From positions 1 to 53,769 of the IMG/VR virus record IMGVR_UViG_3300021197_002023: 53,769 nt of DNA; one strand, written 5' to 3'. Made by a program: the position numbers and the translations under genes. The stretch's first letter is position 1. Every line of letters begins with the position of its first letter. Below the pieces are notes generated by a model, which worked only from the letters and a program-made list of their open reading frames with translations, did not search any database and was not told the DNA's origin. This DNA is from a virus. Lineage: Duplodnaviria > Caudoviricetes. Shown here piece by piece: positions 1 through 7,681 of this stretch.

Positions 1-1
1 G

Positions 2-445
2 CTTCACATCGGTCACATTTTACTTTTAAAAGAAGCATCAGAATACGGCGATGTCGTCGTCGCATTAAATAGTGATGAGTGGATTATCAAAAAGAAGGGC
101 TACATATTAGCCCCATTTGAAGTAAGACAAGAACTTGTAAAGTCAGTCCCTTACGTATCGGAAGTCGTAGGATTTGACGACTATGACGGCACAGCTTGCT
201 CTGCTTTGGAAACAGTCAAGCCAGACTTCTTTGGAAACGGAGGAGGGCGGTCTTCGTTTAATACCCCCAAAAAAGAAGCAGAACTCTGCGAAAAACTAAA
301 CATTGTGCCTGTCTGGAATTTAGGCGAGAGTTTAAAAGATAACAAATATTTATTGCTTACCTTGGACAAGGTGTTGGCGAACACACTAGAAGAAGTCGAC
401 AAATTAAGTAAATTAATGGAAAGAATTAAACACCTAGAGGACTAG
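2..445 (+). CDS. Cytidylyltransferase-family nucleotidyltransferase (TagD/RfaE2-like), 5' truncated by the window edge
   Basis: Frame 2 is open from base 2: LHIGHILLLKEASEYGDVVVALNSDEWIIKKKGY...KPDFFGNGGGR; contains the literal HIGH motif and a VVALNSD motif; the track ORF 206..445 is only its C-terminal half. Confidence 0.85.
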   Translation, partial: LHIGHILLLKEASEYGDVVVALNSDEWIIKKKGYILAPFEVRQELVKSVPYVSEVVGFDDYDGTACSALETVKPDFFGNGGGRSSFNTPKKEAELCEKLNIVPVWNLGESLKDNKYLLLTLDKVLANTLEEVDKLSKLMERIKHLED

Positions 446-832
446 ATAAGCCGCTATCAAAAGAAGAGAGTGGTGAAGGAACTGGTCAAACCCAAGAAGG
501 CTAATTGGACCCCAAAGACTAAGCCGTTTGTGTATGGGCTTTGTATCATCGGGATCCAATAGCAACTTAGAAGAGTTGTCTGAAATAACTCTGCTGGTCA
601 AATAATCAACGACATAGTGAAAAATAAAGTTAAGACCAGCAAATTTTAAAGCAGGCTCTATACCAACAACAAGAACTAACCCTATATAAAGAGTGCATGC
701 ATAAATCCATACGTGGGCTAGCATTGTTATTTGATTTTCGGATTTTTCTACGGACATAGAGTAGGGTTGGAATAAATAATCTCCCAAATAATGAAGCGCC
801 AATATATAAATAAACAATCCGGCTGAAATCAT
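434..832 (-). CDS. DUF3307-like integral membrane protein
   Basis: Hydrophobic helices with HYLGDYLFQ, AH, HYVVD and GFDQFLHH motifs. Confidence 0.7.
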   Translation of the reverse strand: MISAGLFIYILALHYLGDYLFQPYSMSVEKSENQITMLAHVWIYACTLYIGLVLVVGIEPALKFAGLNFIFHYVVDYLTSRVISDNSSKLLLDPDDTKPIHKRLSLWGPISLLGFDQFLHHSLLLIAAYLVL

Positions 833-903
833 AATAACCTAACTACATCATAAAAGTTCCTTTCTATTAATAAGTATTAAAACGTAACACTAATGTCTTT
901 ACT

Positions 904-931
904 TTGACAAAAAAATATTATATATTATAAA
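904..931 (+). promoter_or_regulatory. Sigma70-like promoter for tRNA-Leu
   Basis: TTGACA at 904-909 and TATAAA at 926-931 (16-nt spacer), 10 nt before the tRNA. Confidence 0.6.
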
Positions 932-940
932 AATGAATAT

Positions 941-1026
941 GTCGGGGTGGTGGAACTGGTAGACACAGCAGACTTAAAATCTGCCGCACTAAAGCGTGTG
1001 TGGGGGTTCGAATCCCCCTCTCGATA
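941..1026 (+). tRNA. tRNA-Leu (anticodon UAA), class II with long variable arm; followed by CTA instead of CCA
   Basis: GTCGGGG acceptor strand, D-loop GG, anticodon arm GCAGA-CTTAAAA-TCTGC (TAA at 975-977), variable arm CGCAC/GTGTG, T-arm GGGGG-TTCGAAT-CCCCC, discriminator A1026. Confidence 0.9.
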
Positions 1027-1884
1027 CTAAAAATTTAAGTCAATATCAAAATCGCTCATTTTGGAAGGCTCGGACAATCCCAATGCCTCCCAAACTGAGC
1101 TTTTTTCTTCTTTTGACTTTTCTTTAACTTTACTTAATCTTTTTTCTTCTCCCATACGAATACTGTTTATAACGAACTCACGTAAAAGATCTTTAGGAGG
1201 AGATACAGATACAACTGGGAAATAAACATTAACAGAGTGAATCATTCCTACAATCTCATCGTCCTTGTTGAAAATAGGAGACCCAGAACTACCACCCATC
1301 GCAGGTATAGAATAATAAGCCCTCAAATCTCTATCACCCATAAAGAAGCCTTCCAATAATGGGACAACATCTTTATAGAAGATACCAACTGGGGCAGCAA
1401 CATTATAAACCCTTTCCCCCGGTTCTACCGAAGTCATAGGTCCAGCAAGTTTCGCTACCTTTGTTGTATAGAGATTGTGAGCGAATAAAATACAAGTATC
1501 AATGTTATTATCAACATTAATAATATCAGAGGTGTATTCTCCAAGCTTGAAATTAACTGATTTCATCTCGACATCTATTTTTGCAGCACCAAGTGAAACA
1601 GCCAATCCCATTTCTTGCTCAAAAGAACAAACGTGACCAGCAGTAAGGACATAAGATCCAGCGTTTGTTCTCATAACAACAGCACCAGAACCGCTAGATC
1701 GTGCCTCTTTTGATAGGCACTCAGCAGGATCTGCTGGATTACAAACTGTGATCACAACCTTTTGTTTTATTTTAACAAATGTATCACGAGCGTCTCTCGA
1801 AAAGTCTAGATTCGACGTAGCACAAGAAAGTGCTGAAAGACTAAATAGGAATAGTGTTAGTATTTGTATGACTCTTTTACGCAT
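1027..1884 (-). CDS. Trypsin-like (S1) serine protease, predicted lipoprotein
   Basis: VLTAGHV (His), IDTCIL (Asp), GGSSGSP (Ser); N-terminus MRKRVIQILTLFLFSLSALSC has a basic region, hydrophobic stretch and lipobox-like ALSC. Confidence 0.85.
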   Translation of the reverse strand: MRKRVIQILTLFLFSLSALSCATSNLDFSRDARDTFVKIKQKVVITVCNPADPAECLSKEARSSGSGAVVMRTNAGSYVLTAGHVCSFEQEMGLAVSLGAAKIDVEMKSVNFKLGEYTSDIINVDNNIDTCILFAHNLYTTKVAKLAGPMTSVEPGERVYNVAAPVGIFYKDVVPLLEGFFMGDRDLRAYYSIPAMGGSSGSPIFNKDDEIVGMIHSVNVYFPVVSVSPPKDLLREFVINSIRMGEEKRLSKVKEKSKEEKSSVWEALGLSEPSKMSDFDIDLNF

Positions 1885-1888
1885 ACTT

Positions 1889-1896
1889 TAAGTAGT
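1889..1896 (-). promoter_or_regulatory. Putative phage late promoter motif ACTACTTA
   Basis: Minus strand reads AAAACTACTTAAAGT-ATG, 4 nt before the protease start with no Shine-Dalgarno; matches the motif upstream of other genes. Confidence 0.4.
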
Positions 1897-1930
1897 TTTA
1901 AAAAAGTTTAAACTTTAATATTTTCTGGTA

Positions 1931-1939
1931 GTATTTATA
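1931..1939 (+). promoter_or_regulatory. Putative phage promoter motif GTATTTATA
   Basis: TATTTA core upstream of the GAGG Shine-Dalgarno and GTG start of PhoH. Confidence 0.35.
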
Positions 1940-1954
1940 ACACGAGGTAATCCT

Positions 1955-3262
1955 GTGAAAAAAACATTCGTATTAGACACCTGCGTCTTCCTATCAGATC
2001 CTAACTGTTTAAAACACTTCGAGGAGAACGATATTGTTGTCCCTCTTAAAGTTTTAGATGAAATAGATAAAAACAAAGCCAGACAAGATGGAGCAGGATT
2101 TAATGCTCGCTATGTCATCCGGATCCTAGATGTTTATAGGACAAAAGGCAGCCTTTTCAAGGGAGTTTCTCTTGGAGAAGGCAAAGGCAAACTGTTCGTT
2201 CAGCACTACGAAACAGAAGGCTTACCACACGATTTTGACTTATCGGTCCCAGATAACCAAATCATAGCCACCGCTCTTACAGAAAAAGCAAAATACAAAA
2301 GAAAAAAAGTCGTTGTTGTTTCGCAAGACATCAACATGCGCGTCAAATGCGATTCTCTTGGATTATTGTGTGAAGATTATGTGGCTCACGATACAGTTGA
2401 AAACAAAGACGAGGTATTCACAGGTCTTACAAAATACCTTGTCGACGAGCAAGTCGTTGATTCATTCTACGCTGGCGAAGACATTTTTGCTGATAAAGAA
2501 GAAATAAAACTCCAACCAAATCAGTATGTAATGCTCGTGTCTAACTCAAACGACAAGAAAACTGCTTTGGCTAGGTTTTATAAATACAACGACCCTCTTG
2601 TAAAAATGTATAAGATGGATGATGTATGGGGTATTGACGCTAGAAACAAAGAGCAATCATTTGCCCTCGAACTCTTGATGGACCCGGATGTTGAAGTTGT
2701 ATCCCTTATTGGTCAGGCTGGTTCTGGCAAAACTCTACTAGCAGTAGCAGCAGGATTAGAGCAGGTATTGGGCGATGATAATGAATATAAAAAACTTATT
2801 GTATCCAGACCAATCCAGCCACTTGGTAAAGATATCGGCTATTTGCCCGGAACACTTGAGGAAAAAATGGATCCTTGGCTGATGCCCATCAAAGATAATC
2901 TAGAGTTTCTACTAGGAAATGATAGAGATACAGTCAAAATGTACTTCGAGAAGGGTGTCATTGAGATAGAAGCCATCACATACATTCGAGGGCGTTCTAT
3001 CACAAATGCCTTTATTATTATTGACGAAGCACAAAACCTCACAAGACACGAACTAAAAACCATCCTTACCCGTGTTGGCGAGGGAACAAAAATAATTCTT
3101 ACTGGTGACATCGAGCAAATCGACAATATCTACATTGACGAGACTTCTAACGGATTAACCTATGCTGTTGAAAAGTTTAAGGAACATGATATTTCAGGTC
3201 ACATTACCCTCCAAAAAGGTGAGCGGTCAAAGGTTGCTACCCTAGCAGCAAAGATTCTATAA
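1955..3262 (+). CDS. phoH: PIN-domain PhoH-family ATPase (PhoH2/YlaK type)
   Basis: N-terminal PIN domain (FVLDTCVFL, DNQII, SQDINMRVK); Walker A GQAGSGKT, IGYLPG, RGRS, IIDEAQN, LTGDIEQID. Confidence 0.95.
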   Translation: MKKTFVLDTCVFLSDPNCLKHFEENDIVVPLKVLDEIDKNKARQDGAGFNARYVIRILDVYRTKGSLFKGVSLGEGKGKLFVQHYETEGLPHDFDLSVPDNQIIATALTEKAKYKRKKVVVVSQDINMRVKCDSLGLLCEDYVAHDTVENKDEVFTGLTKYLVDEQVVDSFYAGEDIFADKEEIKLQPNQYVMLVSNSNDKKTALARFYKYNDPLVKMYKMDDVWGIDARNKEQSFALELLMDPDVEVVSLIGQAGSGKTLLAVAAGLEQVLGDDNEYKKLIVSRPIQPLGKDIGYLPGTLEEKMDPWLMPIKDNLEFLLGNDRDTVKMYFEKGVIEIEAITYIRGRSITNAFIIIDEAQNLTRHELKTILTRVGEGTKIILTGDIEQIDNIYIDETSNGLTYAVEKFKEHDISGHITLQKGERSKVATLAAKIL

Positions 3263-3269
3263 TTTTTTC

Positions 3270-3298
3270 TTGACAAAACTTAAATAATACTTTATATT
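3270..3298 (+). promoter_or_regulatory. Sigma70-like promoter for the tRNA(CAU) and downstream genes
   Basis: TTGACA at 3270-3275, 17-nt spacer, TATATT at 3293-3298, 10 nt before the tRNA. Confidence 0.7.
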
Positions 3299-3308
3299 AT
3301 TGTATATT

Positions 3309-3385
3309 GGACTTGTAGCTCAGTTGGTTAGAGCACACCGCTCATAACGGTTAGGTCCTCGGTTCGAGTCCGAGCGGGTCCACCA
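3309..3385 (+). tRNA. tRNA with CAU anticodon, most like tRNA-Ile2 (lysidine type); elongator Met not excluded
   Basis: GGACTTG/CGGGTCC acceptor stem, GCTC-AGTTGGTTA-GAGC D-arm, CTCATAA loop (CAT at 3343-3345), CTCGG-TTCGAGT-CCGAG T-arm, encoded ACCA; the G1-C72 pair argues against initiator tRNA. Confidence 0.9.
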
Positions 3386-3401
3386 AATAAACGGAGATAA
3401 A

Positions 3402-3698
3402 ATGGATATTGAGTTTAGAGATATAGTAGAAGACGCCAACGAAGTTCTTGATGAAGTTGTTGAGCCCTCAAATGAACTTAAAACAATGTTGATTAATTAT
3501 GTAGGAGAAAAGCAATCCCCTGATGAGAATAACGTCACGGTAGAAATGATCGTAGATCAACTTGCAAATGAATTCCCAGAGTTTGTTTTGGCAGTAGCAG
3601 AGGAAAACTTTGTTCGTGGATATCAACAAGCACTAAACGATGTTGAAGTTGGTAGAAAAGCTTGGGAAGAAGAGCAGCAAAATAATGAGCAAGAGTGA
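3402..3698 (+). CDS. Hypothetical acidic protein (98 aa)
   Basis: ORF with GGAG Shine-Dalgarno; no family recognised. Confidence 0.75.
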   Translation: MDIEFRDIVEDANEVLDEVVEPSNELKTMLINYVGEKQSPDENNVTVEMIVDQLANEFPEFVLAVAEENFVRGYQQALNDVEVGRKAWEEEQQNNEQE

Positions 3699-4380
3699 CT
3701 ACATTAGGGAGAGCCTAAATAAATCTAAGTCTTTGAATCATCATAGTCTTTTTGGTTCTCGGATCCCGATTTATGTCAAAGATGAGCTTGTATTTACAGA
3801 TGACAAGAGCACCCTACAAGACGTAATAGAGATAGTACAAAATTCACTTCCTTCCTTCCTTGTCTCTAATATAGATGTAATCTATGTTGGGGACTTTTCT
3901 TTTTTTCAAGAAAGAAATACAAATGCTGCGTATGAAGAGGGCGCAATCTACATAATTAATGTCCAAGATAATGCCGAAGACATGGCTGATGACATTGTTC
4001 ATGAGATTGCCCACTCTGTCGAAGAGAAATATTATGAGCAAATCTACGGAGATGGTAGGGTGCAGAATGAATTTCTAGGAAAAAGAGAAAAACTTTTTCA
4101 AATCCTCAAAGCGTATGAAGAACCAATGATGGATCTTGTTTATTTTCAAAACCCAGACTACAATGAGGACTTCGACGAGTATCTTTACACGCAGATAGGT
4201 TATCCAGCCCTCAATGCTTACGCTAATGGTCTGTTTTATTCACCCTACGCATCGACCTCTGTTAGGGAATACTTCGCCAGAGGTTTCGAGGCTTATTTCT
4301 TACACAAAGATTTAAAAACACTTGCTAATATTAGCCCCATACTGTATAATAGGATAGAAACTTTAGCAGACATGGAGTAG
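3685..4380 (+). CDS. Zincin-type metallopeptidase (HExxH)
   Basis: IVHEIAHSVE plus downstream YASTSVREYFA, resembling the third-ligand motif of lethal-factor/Pro-Pro endopeptidase-like zincins; ATG 3685 preferred over TTG 3640. Confidence 0.65.
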   Translation: MSKSDYIRESLNKSKSLNHHSLFGSRIPIYVKDELVFTDDKSTLQDVIEIVQNSLPSFLVSNIDVIYVGDFSFFQERNTNAAYEEGAIYIINVQDNAEDMADDIVHEIAHSVEEKYYEQIYGDGRVQNEFLGKREKLFQILKAYEEPMMDLVYFQNPDYNEDFDEYLYTQIGYPALNAYANGLFYSPYASTSVREYFARGFEAYFLHKDLKTLANISPILYNRIETLADME

Positions 4381-4382
4381 AA

Positions 4383-5156
4383 ATGGGTCACATTAGCTTT
4401 TCTGAGGCAAAAAACTGGAACTTTTGCCCTTATTATCACAAATTAATGAACATAGACAAGGTAAAAGGCTTCCAAGGCAACGCTTTTACTGCTTTTGGTA
4501 ACGCTATTCACGACACCTGTGAGAAGATGATGACCGAGGGTTTAGACGATAAAAAGTCGTTTTTTAGCCTAAAATTCAAAGAAACACTCGAAAAACTGCC
4601 TGAAAATGCCCAAAAAGACCCTAAATTAGTCAATTCTATGGAAAATCAAGGTCCTTTGATCCTCGACGAGGTGTTTCCTGCTATGGAGGAACACTTTGGA
4701 GAGTATGAAGTGCTTGAAGCCGAAGAAGATTTGATGGAAATGATCAAAGATTTTAATTGTGATGAAAAAAACAAGTTCAAAGGCTTTATTGACTTGGTTA
4801 TTAAGACATCTGACGGCAAAGTACACATCATTGACTGGAAAACCTGCTCTTGGGGATGGGATGCTCGCAAAAAAGCAGACCCAATGATCACTTACCAGCT
4901 TACCTTCTACAAACACTTCTGGGCAAAGAAGCATAATGTTGACCCAAAGATGATAGAGACGCACTTTGCCCTCCTTAAGAGAACTGCGAAGAATAATAGA
5001 GTAGAAATCTTTCGTGTAACAAGCGGTCCTAGAAAAACTCAAAACGCACTTAAATTTCTAGAAAATGCAATTTATAATATTGAAAAGAAAAACTTCATTA
5101 AGAACAGACTTGCTTGCCGCAAGTGCGAATTTCACAAAACGGAACATTGCCCATGA
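4383..5156 (+). CDS. PD-(D/E)xK nuclease, Cas4/AddB-like with four conserved Cys
   Basis: WNFCPYY, FGNAIH, GFIDLV, IIDWKT, QLTFY and C-terminal CRKCEFHKTEHC. Confidence 0.88.
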   Translation: MGHISFSEAKNWNFCPYYHKLMNIDKVKGFQGNAFTAFGNAIHDTCEKMMTEGLDDKKSFFSLKFKETLEKLPENAQKDPKLVNSMENQGPLILDEVFPAMEEHFGEYEVLEAEEDLMEMIKDFNCDEKNKFKGFIDLVIKTSDGKVHIIDWKTCSWGWDARKKADPMITYQLTFYKHFWAKKHNVDPKMIETHFALLKRTAKNNRVEIFRVTSGPRKTQNALKFLENAIYNIEKKNFIKNRLACRKCEFHKTEHCP

Positions 5157-6409
5157 CTGATAAAAAAATAAAATTATTAACGATTAGTGATCACCCTCTT
5201 TCCACATCTGGCGTATCAAACCAGACAAGATATATGATTGAAGCTCTCTTAGAGACAGGAAGGTACCAAGTTATATCTCTCGGCGGAGCAATGAAACACG
5301 TCGACTACACCCCACAGAAAGTAGAAGGACATGGGGATGATTGGATCATTATCCCAATCGATGGATATGGGACCCCGGATCAAATAAGATCTCTATTGAG
5401 GACACACAAGCCAGACATTTTATGGTTCATGACAGATCCAAGATTCTATGAATGGCTTTGGGCTGTAGATAATGAAGTTAGATCTCACATTCCGATGGTC
5501 TATTACCATGTGTGGGATAATGATCCAGCCCCGGTCTTTAACAGGGGCTTTTATGAGTCAAACGATATGGTAGTTTCTATCTCCAAATTAACACATAGAA
5601 TCGTTTCTGAAGTAACTTCGAATGTAGAAAACATCTATTTTCCTCACGCAGTCGACTCTCATTTCTTTAAGCCTCATTCACAAGAAGAAAATGACCAAAT
5701 TCTAAAAGAGCACGACTTGGAAGATAAGTTTGTATTTTTTTGGAACAATAGAAATGCCAAGAGAAAACAAAGTGGTAGTTTAATATATTGGTTCAAGAAG
5801 TTCTGCGACAGAGTAGGGCATGACAAAGCAGTCTTGATTATGCATACGGACCCAAGTGATCCATATGGGCAGCCGCTGGAGCATTTATTATCTCATTTCG
5901 GTCTTCATCAGGGTCAAGTTAGGCTATCAAAAGAAAAAGTTGGATTAGACTATCTGGCTAAAATGTACAATATAGCAGACTGCACAATTAATATCTCAGA
6001 TGCAGAAGGTTTTGGGCTAGCAACGCTTGAATCTTTATCATGTGGAACGCCCATTGTGGCTACTATGACTGGTGGATTGCAGGAGCAAGTTACGGATGGA
6101 GAACAGTCATTCGGAATCGGATTGGAGCCAGCATCCAGAGCCCTTATCGGGTCTCAACAAGTGCCCTACATATTTGAGGATCGTGTATCGGAAGATCAAG
6201 TTGTGTCTGCGATGGAAAAGATGTATAAAATGACAAAAGAAGAGAGAGAAGCTCTTGGTCAGGCTGGAAGGCAGCACGTAGTTGAAAACTATTCTTTTGA
6301 AAAATACCAATCTGGGTGGGTTGATATTCTAGATAAAGTTCATGAAAAGCACGGATCTTGGGAAAATAGAAAAAATTATTCTCCTTGGACTTTTAAAAAG
6401 GTAAATTAA
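5153..6409 (+). CDS. Glycosyltransferase, GT4/GT-B family
   Basis: SDHPLSTSG N-terminus, NRNAKRK, EGFGLATLESLSCGTP; ATG 5153 overlaps the upstream stop (ATGA). Confidence 0.9.
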   Translation: MTDKKIKLLTISDHPLSTSGVSNQTRYMIEALLETGRYQVISLGGAMKHVDYTPQKVEGHGDDWIIIPIDGYGTPDQIRSLLRTHKPDILWFMTDPRFYEWLWAVDNEVRSHIPMVYYHVWDNDPAPVFNRGFYESNDMVVSISKLTHRIVSEVTSNVENIYFPHAVDSHFFKPHSQEENDQILKEHDLEDKFVFFWNNRNAKRKQSGSLIYWFKKFCDRVGHDKAVLIMHTDPSDPYGQPLEHLLSHFGLHQGQVRLSKEKVGLDYLAKMYNIADCTINISDAEGFGLATLESLSCGTPIVATMTGGLQEQVTDGEQSFGIGLEPASRALIGSQQVPYIFEDRVSEDQVVSAMEKMYKMTKEEREALGQAGRQHVVENYSFEKYQSGWVDILDKVHEKHGSWENRKNYSPWTFKKVN

Positions 6410-6412
6410 ATT

Positions 6413-7681
6413 ATGAGAAAAAAGATAATTGTTAGGGGACCTATTCTTAGCAGGTCTGGCTATGGAGAACAGGCTAGGTTTGCTCTCCGTTCTTTAAGAA
6501 AGCATGAAGATAGATTTGATATATATGTAGCTAACACAAACTGGGGACAAACGGGATGGGTATTGCAAGACGATGAAGAGAGGCAATATATAGACTTTTT
6601 GGTTAAAAAAACTTATCACCATATCCAAGATAAACAAGGATTTGATTTATCCCTTCAAATTACAATTCCAAATGAGTGGGAAAAGATGGCACCTATTAAT
6701 ATTGGGTATACTGCCGGAATTGAAACAACAAAAATTGCCCCCGGATGGATTGAAAAAAGTAATTTAATGGATAAAATTATTGTTATTTCAAATCATTCTA
6801 AGGACACTTTAATAAACACAATATACAGAGCGCACGATAAGGACACAAATCGATATGTTGGAGATGTATCTGTAAAAACTCCCGTTGAAGTTGTCAATTA
6901 TCCTGCAAAATTAAACAAAAAGAAGTCTGTAAAATTAGATTTTGAAACAGATTTTAACTTCCTAATGGTATCCCAGTGGGGTCCCAGAAAAAATACAGCA
7001 AACACTATAAAGTGGTTTGTTGAGCAATTCAAGGATAATCCCGATGTTGGGCTAGTTGTGAAGGGTTTTGTTAGAAATAACTCAACCATGGATAAAAACT
7101 ATAGTGAAAATGCTTTAAAATCTTTAATAGACGATGGAGCAAAGTGTAAAATTTATCTTCTTCATGGAGACATGTCCGATGAGGAAATGATCGGCTTATA
7201 TTCACATCCAAAAATAAAATCTTTAGTTTCTCTTTCACATGGAGAGGGATTTGGACTCCCCCTCTTTGAGGCAGCTTATACGGGACTTCCAATTGTAACG
7301 ACAAACTGGAGCGGTCAGTGTGATTTTTTAAATATGCCGGAAAAACAAAGAAAAAAAGGCTCTAAAAAGAAGACACAAACTATTATGAAGCCCATGTTCG
7401 GAGAGGTAGATTACACTATTGCACCAGTTCAGAAAGAAGCAGTTTGGGATGGGGTACTTCAAGCCGACTCTTCATGGAGTTACCCAGAAGAAGGTAGTTA
7501 TAAAAATGTTCTTGATGACGTCTTAAACAATTATGATAAATATAAAAATATGGCGAGCAAATTAAAGGCTTGGGTGAGAAAAGAATTTGAAAGCGATAAA
7601 CAACATGACGCTTTTGCAAATGCTGTTCTTCCGAAAGCAGAGGATATTCCTCTCGAAAATATGTTGGTGAGTTTCGATTAA
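6413..7681 (+). CDS. Glycosyltransferase, GT4/GT-B family
   Basis: SRSGYG N-terminus, PRKN, GEGFGLPLFEAAYTGLP. Confidence 0.9.
   Translation: MRKKIIVRGPILSRSGYGEQARFALRSLRKHEDRFDIYVANTNWGQTGWVLQDDEERQYIDFLVKKTYHHIQDKQGFDLSLQITIPNEWEKMAPINIGYTAGIETTKIAPGWIEKSNLMDKIIVISNHSKDTLINTIYRAHDKDTNRYVGDVSVKTPVEVVNYPAKLNKKKSVKLDFETDFNFLMVSQWGPRKNTANTIKWFVEQFKDNPDVGLVVKGFVRNNSTMDKNYSENALKSLIDDGAKCKIYLLHGDMSDEEMIGLYSHPKIKSLVSLSHGEGFGLPLFEAAYTGLPIVTTNWSGQCDFLNMPEKQRKKGSKKKTQTIMKPMFGEVDYTIAPVQKEAVWDGVLQADSSWSYPEEGSYKNVLDDVLNNYDKYKNMASKLKAWVRKEFESDKQHDAFANAVLPKAEDIPLENMLVSFD

Noticed and set aside
2-445. NMNAT/NadD partner for NadE
   Set aside because: The VVALNSD, KKG and NGG motifs fit the TagD/RfaE2-type cytidylyltransferase branch better; the N-terminus is missing, so this is not fully excluded
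843-864. Minus-strand mini-ORF ATG-ATG-TAG with an AAAGGAA Shine-Dalgarno upstream of the DUF3307-like gene
   Set aside because: Only two codons and out of frame with the gene; cannot be distinguished from chance
4383-5156. CRISPR-Cas locus suggested by the Cas4-like gene
   Set aside because: No repeat-spacer array or other cas genes seen; solo Cas4-like nucleases are common in phages
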